Positions 42,541 to 51,394 of a DNA stretch of 64,000 nucleotides are shown piece after piece. Location: positions 32,001 to 96,000 of the forward strand of contig JBCCHT010000038.1 in the NCBI GenBank assembly GCA_039028615.1, given 5' to 3'. Source of the stretch: Myxococcota bacterium (GTDB taxonomy: Bacteria > Myxococcota_A > Polyangia > Nannocystales > Nannocystaceae). Numbering within the stretch: position 1 is the stretch's first letter; every line of letters starts with the position of its first letter. A model generated the notes under the pieces. It was not told the origin of the DNA. It made no database searches and worked only from the letters and a program-made list of their open reading frames with translations. Made by a program: the position numbers and the translations under genes.

Positions 42541-44663
42541 TGCACGACCTCCAGTGCTCCGTCGCTGATGCGGGCGCTTCGATCACAGCGCTCGGCCACG
42601 CGCGGGTCTTCGGTGACCACGATGGTGGTCCACCCCGCGTCGTCGGCCAGCACGGTGTCGAGCAGGGAATCCATGGCTTCGGTGCTCAGGCCCAGGCCAT
42701 CGAGGGCGCGGTCGAGCAGCAGTACCCGAGGCCGCGCGGCCAGGGCCCGCACCAGGGCGAGGCGGCGAGCCTGGGTGTCGGAGAGCGGGCCGCCGAGCGG
42801 CAGCAGGGGGGTATCGAGCCCCGAAGGCAGGCGGTCGACGGCATCTTCGATGTCGACCAGGCGCAGCAGGGCTCGGGCGGCCGGTTCGTCGAGCGGGGTG
42901 TCGGCGGCGAGGCGCAGGTTGTCGATCACCGTGCCCACGATGAAGTCCGCGCCGCGCACCATCAGCACGCGGTCGCGAACCGAGGCCAAGTCGGCGCGGC
43001 GAAGGTCGAGCCCGTCGATGTGCACGCTGCCGCCGCTGGGTCTCCGAAAGCCGCCCAGGACCTCGAGCAGGGTGCTCTTGCCCGACCCGGCGTCGCCCAT
43101 CAGCCGCAGGCTCTGCCCGGCCGGGAGCTCGAGCGCGGCGCCGTGGAGCAGGCCACGCTCGCCTCGGCGGACGTCGACTTCACGGACCGCGACCGAGGCC
43201 GCGCTGCCGCTGGGCAGCGGCTCGCCGCCGCGACGCTCGGTGGGCAGGTCGACGACCTCGGAGATCTTGAGCACGGCGACATCGAGGTCGTAGAGCTTTT
43301 CGAGGTTGTTGCCGAGCTTCATGAACCCGACGCCCATCGCCGCGATGACCAGCTCGGCGGCCACGAGCTGACCCAGGGTGAGCTGGCGGTTGATGACCAA
43401 CCAGCCGCCGACGCCCAGCAATGAGACGACGGCGAGCACCTGCAGCCCGATGCCCCCGGCGAGCTGCCGAAGAAGGATGCGGAAGTGACCCTTGCGCGCG
43501 GCGATGTAGTCGCGAGACAGCATGTCGCTGTGCTCGGCCGCCCGCTTTTGCGCCGCCATGCCGCGGAACAGGTGCGGGGCTCGCCCGAGCCCCTCGAGCC
43601 ACGCCGCGGTGCGGTACTTGGCCGAAGACTCGCGCAGGCCGGCCGAGACCGCGCCGCGCCCCATGATGAGCACGCCCAGCAGCAGGACGATCAACACCAC
43701 GTCGAAGGTCAGCAACAGCGGGTGATAGAAGCCGAGCAGCAGCATCCCCATGAAGGTCTGCAGCGTCAGGGCCATGCCATCGAGCAGCAGGACCGACAGC
43801 GACTTCTGAATGGTGAGGACGTCGAAGAAGCGGTTGACGACCTCGGAGCCGTCTTTTTCGTCGAACACCTCGGCCCGCACGCTGGGCAGGCGCCGCCCGA
43901 AGTCGTCGGCGACGCGGATGAAGACCCGGCGCTGCAGCACCTCGACGACGTAGGTCTCGAGCACGCTGAGCAGGCCGGAGAAGGCCAGGCCGCCCAATAG
44001 CAGCAGGCTGAGCACGACCAGCGGCTGCAGCACCGAGCCGAACGCGACGGTGTTGACCAGAGCCTGGACCGCGATGGGGGTGGCGAGCGTGAGACCACCG
44101 ATGACGATCGCGTACACGAGCACGACCCACAGGTCGCGACGCTCGAGGCGAAGGAAGGCCCGGAGGCGACGCCACGGGGCCGCGGCGAGCTCGGGGCGGC
44201 GCTGGGCGGATATGGGATCGAGCGCGAGCAGTGGTTGCAGGTACACCCACGGCTGGTCGCCGGCCGCCGCGTGGAGCTGGGCGGCGGTCATCGTCATGCG
44301 GGCCTCGCCGCGCTCGTCGAGCCGGACGACCTGGGAGCGCTTGGGATGCCCGCCCAGCGCGATCAGCCACTGCCCGGGACCGGTGCGCACCAGGGCGGGA
44401 CGCTGCCGGGGGCCTGGGGTCGGCGCCTGCTCGCAGATCTCCGGGTGCAGGCCCAGCGCGTTGGAGGCGGAGCCGGCCGCTCGCAGCCATCCATCGCTCC
44501 CGACGGTGGAATTCGAGGACGCGCGCCACGCGTCCTCGGCGCGAATGGGCGCTCCGGCCTCTTGCGCGGCCAATTCGAGCGCTCGCGCGAGGATCGACGC
44601 CTCGCGGCCCGGCTCGAAGTCGACCGCTCGGTATCCGCGGGGTGGCTCAGCCGTGCGTTCCAT
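42537..44663 (-). CDS. Type I secretion-type ABC transporter (TMD+NBD) with degenerate motifs
   Basis: L.LATPIAVQALVN, NRFFD, QLTLGQLVAAEL and Walker A GDAGSGKST. RBS AAAGGA precedes the ATG. Confidence 0.88.
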   Translation of the reverse strand: MERTAEPPRGYRAVDFEPGREASILARALELAAQEAGAPIRAEDAWRASSNSTVGSDGWLRAAGSASNALGLHPEICEQAPTPGPRQRPALVRTGPGQWLIALGGHPKRSQVVRLDERGEARMTMTAAQLHAAAGDQPWVYLQPLLALDPISAQRRPELAAAPWRRLRAFLRLERRDLWVVLVYAIVIGGLTLATPIAVQALVNTVAFGSVLQPLVVLSLLLLGGLAFSGLLSVLETYVVEVLQRRVFIRVADDFGRRLPSVRAEVFDEKDGSEVVNRFFDVLTIQKSLSVLLLDGMALTLQTFMGMLLLGFYHPLLLTFDVVLIVLLLGVLIMGRGAVSAGLRESSAKYRTAAWLEGLGRAPHLFRGMAAQKRAAEHSDMLSRDYIAARKGHFRILLRQLAGGIGLQVLAVVSLLGVGGWLVINRQLTLGQLVAAELVIAAMGVGFMKLGNNLEKLYDLDVAVLKISEVVDLPTERRGGEPLPSGSAASVAVREVDVRRGERGLLHGAALELPAGQSLRLMGDAGSGKSTLLEVLGGFRRPSGGSVHIDGLDLRRADLASVRDRVLMVRGADFIVGTVIDNLRLAADTPLDEPAARALLRLVDIEDAVDRLPSGLDTPLLPLGGPLSDTQARRLALVRALAARPRVLLLDRALDGLGLSTEAMDSLLDTVLADDAGWTTIVVTEDPRVAERCDRSARISDGALEVVQ

Positions 44664-44677
44664 CGTCCTTTGAACCC

Positions 44678-44705
44678 ATATACATGAAAATCTTTTCATG
44701 TATAT
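44678..44705. promoter_or_regulatory. Perfect 13-bp inverted repeat, probable operator
   Basis: ATATACATGAAAA-TC-TTTTCATGTATAT in the 51-bp gap between the divergent ABC operon and the HTH gene. Confidence 0.8.
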
Positions 44706-44714
44706 TTTATCAAG

Positions 44715-45101
44715 ATGTCATCGTCAAGGGATCGATCGGATAGCGCCCGAGGTCGCGAGCCTCCCGACGCTCACGAGCACATGTGGACCTTCTTGAGCAA
44801 CTACGCCCATGTGTTGGTTTGCGTTGCGCAAGACCCCGACCTGACCCTGCGAGAAATCGCCGAGCGCGTCGGCATCACCGAGCGCGCCACCCATCGCTTG
44901 GTGGCGGAGCTCGAGGCCGGCGGCGTGATCACGCGCGAGCGAACGGGGCGACGCAACCACTACGAGATCGACCTCTCCGCCCCGATGCGTCACCCGCTGG
45001 AGGCAGAGAAGACGGTCGGCGACCTGCTGGCGGCGCTGCTGGGGAAGAAGGAAGCGGCCAGCCTCGGGCTGAAGCCGGTCCGCCGTCGGGCGCGAGGCTG
45101 A
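44715..45101 (+). CDS. Winged-helix (MarR/ArsR-like) transcriptional regulator
   Basis: WTFLSN.AHVL....DP...LREIA..VGITER.....EL...G.I.R.R.GRRN.Y. Confidence 0.88.
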   Translation: MSSSRDRSDSARGREPPDAHEHMWTFLSNYAHVLVCVAQDPDLTLREIAERVGITERATHRLVAELEAGGVITRERTGRRNHYEIDLSAPMRHPLEAEKTVGDLLAALLGKKEAASLGLKPVRRRARG

Positions 45102-45147
45102 CTTCGCTCGGGGCGACCCTGACGACGGGCCATGGGGGACGCGCGGC

Positions 45148-46242
45148 TCAGCCCGCGGGCGGGATCTGATCGCAGGTCTCTCCGATGACCTCGGCGAGGG
45201 CCGAGCCCACCACGTTGGCGTAGTCGGCGGGCTCGTCGATGCTGCCCGTGGCGTTGAAGTTGGAGAACTGGTTGAAGAACTGCCACAGGCCGTTGTTCAC
45301 GCCCTCGATGCACTGATCCACCAGCCCGGTGATCAGCACGCACTGATCACCGCCGCAGCCGGCTTTGGCGTCGACGACCATGTCGTAGTAGGTGGCGGCC
45401 CCCTCGGGCGATTTGTCGGGCTCGTCGGTGAGTACGATGATGGCTAGCACCGCTCCCTCATCGCGCAAGAAACCCGCGTTGAATGTCTCGTTGGCGGGGT
45501 GCAGGGCGTAGCCGGCGGCAGCGGACATCATCTCGAAGCTGCACCCGGTCTCGCCCGCTGCGACGGCGGCCTGGGAAAACCACAGCTTCAGGTCGGCGGA
45601 ATCCTCGCCCACGATCGCCTCGAAGTAGCGCTGGCCGTTCCACTCGAAGAGCCGACCCTGCTCGCCGTTGACCCCGTTGCTGCCCTCGGTGGGCGGATCG
45701 TAGTGATTGTTCACCGTCGTGCCGGAGGCCGTGGTCACGCAGTTGAAGACGCCCTCGGAGCAGTTGCCGTCGAAGAACGAGGTGGTGGTCATGCCCACGT
45801 GCAGGTCGGTGCCCGGCGGGAGGTTGGCCCACATCTCGTCGACGAAGGTCGGCCACGCCAGGGCGAGCTGGGTCTGGTGCTGGTTCATCGACAGCGAGTT
45901 GTCGATGACGAAGAGGATGTCGACCGCGTTGCAGAAGTCTTGCTTGCCCTCGCCGATGTCCGCGGGCCCGACGTCGAGCAGCACGCCGTCGTCTTCTTCG
46001 GCGGCCGCGGTGGTCCCCGTCTCGTCGGCGACGTCGGTGGCCCCCGCGGTGGTCGTGCCGTCGGCGGAGGACGGCGTGGGCGTGCCCGTGGTCGGCGTGA
46101 CGGTGCCGCCCGCCGAGTCGAAGGGGTTGTCCGTGTCGTCCTGCGGGCACCCGCTCAGGGTCGACGCGCACAGCAGCAGCAGCGTCGACGAGGCAGCGGA
46201 GGTCAGTACGGGGCGGAGGCGGCGATCACGGGCGCGACGCAT
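45148..46242 (-). CDS. vWA-like lipoprotein
   Basis: Lipobox LSGC, T-rich linker, DILFVIDNS.SM (MIDAS-like) and FLRD.A.L....LTDE.D. Confidence 0.8.
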   Translation of the reverse strand: MRRARDRRLRPVLTSAASSTLLLLCASTLSGCPQDDTDNPFDSAGGTVTPTTGTPTPSSADGTTTAGATDVADETGTTAAAEEDDGVLLDVGPADIGEGKQDFCNAVDILFVIDNSLSMNQHQTQLALAWPTFVDEMWANLPPGTDLHVGMTTTSFFDGNCSEGVFNCVTTASGTTVNNHYDPPTEGSNGVNGEQGRLFEWNGQRYFEAIVGEDSADLKLWFSQAAVAAGETGCSFEMMSAAAGYALHPANETFNAGFLRDEGAVLAIIVLTDEPDKSPEGAATYYDMVVDAKAGCGGDQCVLITGLVDQCIEGVNNGLWQFFNQFSNFNATGSIDEPADYANVVGSALAEVIGETCDQIPPAG

Positions 46243-46322
46243 GCCGATACATTGAAGCATCGCGCGTGAAGATGCATCCCCGACTCGCAATCGGGCCCAC
46301 TTTGCTGCAGGTGGGGCAATCT

Positions 46323-48347
46323 TCAGCAGCGCGAGCCGGGCAGACGCTGGTCGCCCGAGCGGCGGGTGACCTGCATTTGATCGAGGTGCTCGAGGAAGGG
46401 CACCGCGTACTTCCGGGTCAGCCCGGTCATCTGCTTGAGCGCCTGAACGTCGATGGTCCCGTGTTCGCGCAGGTGCTCGCGCACGCGCTCGACGAGGCCG
46501 TCGTGGCTCTCGCGCGACCACGAGATGTCGGGGGTGAGCTTGACGATCCGACCGGTGCGCTGCAGCACGCCGACGATCTCGAGCACCTGGCGGCTGGTCA
46601 GGCCCGCGGCCGCCTGCACGTCCTTGAGGTTGGGCGCGGCCAGGCCGGCTTCCTCGTAGCGATCGAGCACGCGCTGCATGTGCTCGGGAAGCTCACCTTC
46701 GGCGGGCACGCCCTTGCCGGGCCGAGCCAGGGTGCCCTGGTCGTCCACTGCCTGCAGGGCCCCGCGGGCGACGGCCTGATCGACGGCCCAGGCCGCGACC
46801 GTCGCGGCGACCCGATCCCCGAGCAGACCCTCGGCCGAGGCCCGCCCGAGCCCCGGCTGCATGGGGTTTTGCGCGTGGAAGCGGTCGGCTCCCGCGATGA
46901 CCTTGTCGATCAGCGGTCGGGCCGACTCCGTGTGCACGTAGCGGTCGTGGCCCAAGGGCACCAGCACGGCCCCCTTGCCTTCGCTCATCTTCTTGAGCAG
47001 CTGCGGGGTCTCGCGCAGCCCGGTGCGGCGCTCGATGGTGAGGGCATCGATGCCCAGCACGCCCGCGTCGTGGACCAGGGCTCGGATGCGCGCGGAAGGG
47101 TCGGTGTCGGCCAGGGCACGGCCGACCGCGATCCACCGCGGCCGCTGCCCCCGCCCGCCCGAGGGCTCGGGATCGATGATCGTGCCGCCGCCGATGGTGA
47201 GCCCGTGGTCGTCGTGGGCCCCCGCGGTGGTCGAGGCCGAGAAGGCCCGCACCACCAGCCGCTGGTCTCGCCACACGGGCAGCGGGTTGGCGAGGCGAAT
47301 GCGGACCAGGCCCCCGTGCCCCGGTGGGATGGTCAGCTGTCCCGGCTCGTCTTCGAAGGGTTGGTCGGGATTCGGTGCCCGCCACAGCGGATCGAGCCGC
47401 GCCGGAGTGTGGGCCGTGCCCGCGCAGATCTGGACGCTGGTGTCTCGGGTCCACGCCGGATCGCGCCCGGGGAGGTGCCGCAGCATGGCGTGCACGACCG
47501 CGCCCGCGCCGACGGTGGGCCCCCGGGTGAGCACGTCGCCGCGATGGATCTCGGAGACCTCGATCCCGGCCAGGTTGATCGCGGTGCGGTTGCCCGCCAC
47601 CACCCGCGATTGATCCGAGCTGCGCACCTGGGCGGCGCGGCTGCGGACCTGTCGGGTCTCGCGGCTCGGCCCCGCGGGCACGAGCGTCAGGTGGTTGTCG
47701 GCACCCAGGTCGACGAGCCCCGACAGCAAGGTCCCGGTGACGACCGTGCCGTGCCCCTTGATGGTGAACACGCGATCGATGGGCAGGATGACCGGCCCCT
47801 TGTTGTCGCGACGCGGCAGCTTGCCGATGAGCTTGACGACCTCCGCCCGCAGCTCGTCGATGCCTTCTTTGGTGTGGCCGCTGCACGGGACGATCTTCGA
47901 CTCGGCGAACACGCTGCCCTGCAACGCGGCGTGGACGTCCTCGACCGCCAGCTCGATCGCCTCTTCGTCACCCTCGAGCTGGTCGACCTTGGTCAGCGCG
48001 ACGACGCCGTGCTCGATGCCGAGCAGTCGACACACGTTGAGGTGCTCGCGGGTCTGGGGCATGACCCCATCCTCGGCGGAGACCACGAGGATCACGAGGT
48101 CGATGCCGCCGGCGCCGGCGACCATGGTGCGCACGAAGCCCTCGTGCCCCGGCATGTCGACGATGCTGGTGCGGATGTCGGGGGTCGGCTCCCAGGCCGC
48201 AAAGCCGAGCTCGATCGTGATCCCGCGGCGCTTTTCCTCGGGCAGACGGTCGGTATCGACCCCCGTCAGCGCGCGGACGAGCGTGGTCTTGCCGTGGTCG
48301 ATGTGGCCAGCGGTGCCGAGCACCAACGAACGGGGGGCCTTGGCCAT
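46323..48347 (-). CDS. selB: Selenocysteine-specific translation elongation factor
   Basis: [55 protein letters not shown] and C-terminal winged helix TRKYAVP.LE.LD....T.R.GD.R. Confidence 0.95.
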   Translation of the reverse strand: MAKAPRSLVLGTAGHIDHGKTTLVRALTGVDTDRLPEEKRRGITIELGFAAWEPTPDIRTSIVDMPGHEGFVRTMVAGAGGIDLVILVVSAEDGVMPQTREHLNVCRLLGIEHGVVALTKVDQLEGDEEAIELAVEDVHAALQGSVFAESKIVPCSGHTKEGIDELRAEVVKLIGKLPRRDNKGPVILPIDRVFTIKGHGTVVTGTLLSGLVDLGADNHLTLVPAGPSRETRQVRSRAAQVRSSDQSRVVAGNRTAINLAGIEVSEIHRGDVLTRGPTVGAGAVVHAMLRHLPGRDPAWTRDTSVQICAGTAHTPARLDPLWRAPNPDQPFEDEPGQLTIPPGHGGLVRIRLANPLPVWRDQRLVVRAFSASTTAGAHDDHGLTIGGGTIIDPEPSGGRGQRPRWIAVGRALADTDPSARIRALVHDAGVLGIDALTIERRTGLRETPQLLKKMSEGKGAVLVPLGHDRYVHTESARPLIDKVIAGADRFHAQNPMQPGLGRASAEGLLGDRVAATVAAWAVDQAVARGALQAVDDQGTLARPGKGVPAEGELPEHMQRVLDRYEEAGLAAPNLKDVQAAAGLTSRQVLEIVGVLQRTGRIVKLTPDISWSRESHDGLVERVREHLREHGTIDVQALKQMTGLTRKYAVPFLEHLDQMQVTRRSGDQRLPGSRC

Positions 48348-48435
48348 CGCCGGGAGTCTACCCTCGGCGGCCCGAGCCGGCCGCGGAAGCCGGCTGTTTT
48401 GTCCGAACCCCGATTCGGCTAGCATTCGGGGGCTC

Positions 48436-49545
48436 ATGGGCAATCCCGGTTCCGATGCCGATCCCACCCAGATCGGCCGCTATCACGTCGAGGGCCAGCT
48501 CGGCGCAGGCGGCGTGGGAGTGGTGTTCGCGGCCCACGATCCGCGGCTGGGCCGGCGGGTGGCGGTGAAGCTGCTGCGGTCCGACCGGTTGGGTGCCGAT
48601 CCCGCACGGGCGGGGCAGCGGCTCCGCGAGGAAGCTCAGGCCATGGCCCGGCTCGCCCACCCCAACGTGGTCACCGTCTACGACGTCGGGGAGCACGAGG
48701 GCGGGGTCTACATCGCGATGGAATTGGTCGAGGGGCAATCGCTCCGGGACTGGCTCAAGGTGATGGCTCGGCCCTGGCGTGAGGTCCTCAACGCGTACTT
48801 CCAGGCGGGTCGCGGGTTGGCGGCCGCCCACGAGGCGGGGCTGGTGCACCGCGACTTCAAGCCGGCCAACGTCTTGGTGGGCGTCGACGGTCGCGTGCGG
48901 GTGGTCGACTTCGGCTTGGCGTCCACCGGCCCCATCGATCTCGCGAGCACCGATCTCGACGAGCTCGAAGGGCATGCCTCGACCAGCGGGATCTATCACC
49001 GGTCTTCGCAGCTCACCGACATCGAGACCACCGTCGACGAGTCGGGGTTGGCCCCCGACGACGGGCCGTTGACCACGGGGGTGATCACGCCGCGACAGGC
49101 CACGGCGGACATCAGTGGAACCTTCACCGCGGTCGACATGACCATCGAAGGCACGCTGCACCCGGCGTCGCTGGGCGCCGACCCGCACACCACCATTCCC
49201 ACCGGGCTGACGCACTCGGGCCTGGTGGCGGGCACGCCGGCCTATATGGCGCCCGAGCTTTTTTTGGGCCGCACCGCCGACGCGCGCAGCGACCAGTTCG
49301 CGTTCGCCGTTTCGCTCTACGAAGGCCTTTATGGTGAGCGGCCTTTCGCCGGCAGCAACACGGCGGAGATCGCCGATGCGGTGATGAACGGTCGTATGCG
49401 CACGCTCTCGTCCACGCATCGCGTGCCGCGGTGGGTGCACCGCATCGTCGAGCAGGGTCTGCAGACGCGCCGCCAAGACCGGCACGTCTCCATTCGCTCG
49501 ATGCTGGCGTCCTTCGCGTTCCTCGCCCGCGTGGTCTGGAACTGA
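48436..49545 (+). CDS. Cytoplasmic Ser/Thr protein kinase
   Basis: [32 protein letters not shown] and DQFAF. Confidence 0.92.
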   Translation: MGNPGSDADPTQIGRYHVEGQLGAGGVGVVFAAHDPRLGRRVAVKLLRSDRLGADPARAGQRLREEAQAMARLAHPNVVTVYDVGEHEGGVYIAMELVEGQSLRDWLKVMARPWREVLNAYFQAGRGLAAAHEAGLVHRDFKPANVLVGVDGRVRVVDFGLASTGPIDLASTDLDELEGHASTSGIYHRSSQLTDIETTVDESGLAPDDGPLTTGVITPRQATADISGTFTAVDMTIEGTLHPASLGADPHTTIPTGLTHSGLVAGTPAYMAPELFLGRTADARSDQFAFAVSLYEGLYGERPFAGSNTAEIADAVMNGRMRTLSSTHRVPRWVHRIVEQGLQTRRQDRHVSIRSMLASFAFLARVVWN

Positions 49546-49948
49546 AGCCCCACAAAAGAAATCGCGATCGAGGTCCCGGAAAAGCGTGGGGGCCTCGGTG
49601 TCGTATGAGGTGAGAGACCAATTCTCTTCGGGGCGCCGCTTCACACAACGCCAATCACCCTCGTGGGTGGTGCCCTCACTCACCGATCCCGGGCGAATGC
49701 TCTCGCCCTGACACCCGTATGCCCGAAACCCGTCGGGGGTGTTTGTTCGGGGTCGGTGGGGACATTTCCAACGCAGGGTGATGATGACCGGGAAGTTTCG
49801 CGCCCCGTCAGGCGTCACGGGCCCCGTGGCTCTCCTAGGTCTAAAGCCGGTCGACCTTCGCCGATCCCGCCGTGTTGCCGCGTACTTGCGTCGGCATGGC
49901 GATCACTCATGGATGTCGCGCGCGGAGTGTGGGAAGTCTGGCCGCAGT

Positions 49949-51394
49949 ATGGCGCGCAAGAGGCTCGCATTGACGGCAGTGTTGTTGTTCGGGGGTATGG
50001 CCTGGCCCACCCTGGCTCAGGCCTCCGACGATGACTGCATCCACACCGTCAAGGCAGGGCAGACGCTCGGCCACATCGCCAACAAGCACGGCGTATCGCA
50101 GCGCGACCTGATCAACAGCAACCGGGCTCTGAAGAAGAACCCCGACATGCTGCGCGTGGGTCAGGAGCTCGACGTCTGCGCGGCGCGGGCCAAGGCGGTG
50201 GCGCGGGACGAAGCCAAAAAGGCCAGCAAAGAAAAAGAGCCCGCCCCCGCCAAGAAGAAAAAGCGCGCCCAAAAGTGCGGCAGCAACGGGGAGATCATCG
50301 AGCACGAGGTCGGCAAGGGGGACACCCTCAGCAAGATCATCCATCGCTACGATGTGACCGAGCGGGAGATCTTCCGCCGCAACCCCACGCTGGCCGAGCC
50401 GCCGCACATGCTGCGCGTGGGTCAGAAGGTCAAGCTGTGCCTCGACCAGCGCAAGGCCCGGGCCTCGAAGCTGTGTGGCTTCCGTACGCCGACCTTCGAG
50501 CACGAGGTCGTGCCCGGCGAAAACCTCGGCCAGGTGGCGGGTCGCTACGGCGTGCGTCGCCGCGACCTCGAGCGCTGGAACGCCAAGGTTCGCAAGAACC
50601 CCAACCTGCTCCGCGTGGGGCAGAAGGTCCGGGTCTGCCCCGAGATCGCCCCCCGCGTCCGCAAGCAGATCAACTACGAAGTGCAGTCGGGCGACAACCT
50701 GGGCACCATCGCCCGGAAGTATCAGCTCACCTCCAGCGAGCTCGAGCGCTACCAGCGAGGCAAGCTCACCGATCCCAGCTCGCTGCGGGTAGGACAGAAC
50801 CTGGTGGTGTGGGTCGATGGCGGTATCGTCGAGGGCTTCGGCGGCATCGACGACGACGACGGCGTGCTCAAGGCTGGCGTCCAGATGCCGCCCGGGCGCA
50901 ACTACACCCTCAAGTGGGCCACCGGCTCATGGGGCACCGCGGACTCCATCCGCACCATCCAAACGGCGATCGCCAACTATAAAAAGCGCGTTCCCAAGAG
51001 CCCCAAGGTCCACATCGGCGACATCTCGAAGCGCGGCGGCGGGCCCTTCAAGCCGCACCGCTCGCACCAGCACGGCCGCGACATCGACATCGCCTACGTG
51101 CTCCGGGGCGAGCATGCCGACGACTCCCGCTTTCATCGCGCCACCGAGGACAACTTCGACGTGGCCAAGAACTGGCGGCTGCTCAAGTCGTTCATCGACA
51201 CCGACCAGGTCATCTACATCTTCGTCGACCACAAACTGCAAAAACTACTGTACGAGCACGCCAAGAAGCGGGGCGCGAGCGAAGAAATGCTCGACGAGTT
51301 GTTCCAATATCCTCGCGGCAAGCGACGATCCCATGGGATCATTCGCCATTGGAAAGGGCACACCAACCACTTTCACGTGCGGTTCCGAAAGTGA
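49949..51394 (+). CDS. 4xLysM plus penicillin-insensitive murein endopeptidase (MepA-like)
   Basis: Signal peptide and four LysM repeats ending LRVGQ. GDIS..GGG, H.SHQ.G.D.D and H..HFHVRF. Confidence 0.9.
   Translation: MARKRLALTAVLLFGGMAWPTLAQASDDDCIHTVKAGQTLGHIANKHGVSQRDLINSNRALKKNPDMLRVGQELDVCAARAKAVARDEAKKASKEKEPAPAKKKKRAQKCGSNGEIIEHEVGKGDTLSKIIHRYDVTEREIFRRNPTLAEPPHMLRVGQKVKLCLDQRKARASKLCGFRTPTFEHEVVPGENLGQVAGRYGVRRRDLERWNAKVRKNPNLLRVGQKVRVCPEIAPRVRKQINYEVQSGDNLGTIARKYQLTSSELERYQRGKLTDPSSLRVGQNLVVWVDGGIVEGFGGIDDDDGVLKAGVQMPPGRNYTLKWATGSWGTADSIRTIQTAIANYKKRVPKSPKVHIGDISKRGGGPFKPHRSHQHGRDIDIAYVLRGEHADDSRFHRATEDNFDVAKNWRLLKSFIDTDQVIYIFVDHKLQKLLYEHAKKRGASEEMLDELFQYPRGKRRSHGIIRHWKGHTNHFHVRFRK

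Noticed and set aside
47695..48435. N-terminal extension on the Ser/Thr kinase (616-aa ORF)
   Set aside because: It is antisense to selB. The kinase plausibly starts at ATG 48436.
49605..49710. Glycine or c-di-AMP riboswitch upstream of the LysM gene
   Set aside because: GAGAGACC..GGCGCCG resembles a glycine aptamer start, but the following GAAG and CTCTCAGG elements are missing. No ydaO consensus was found.
46323..49948. tRNA-Sec (selC) or a selenoprotein near selB
   Set aside because: No cloverleaf with a TCA anticodon was seen. The nearby thioredoxin has CPPC, and no in-frame TGA read-through with continued homology was evident.
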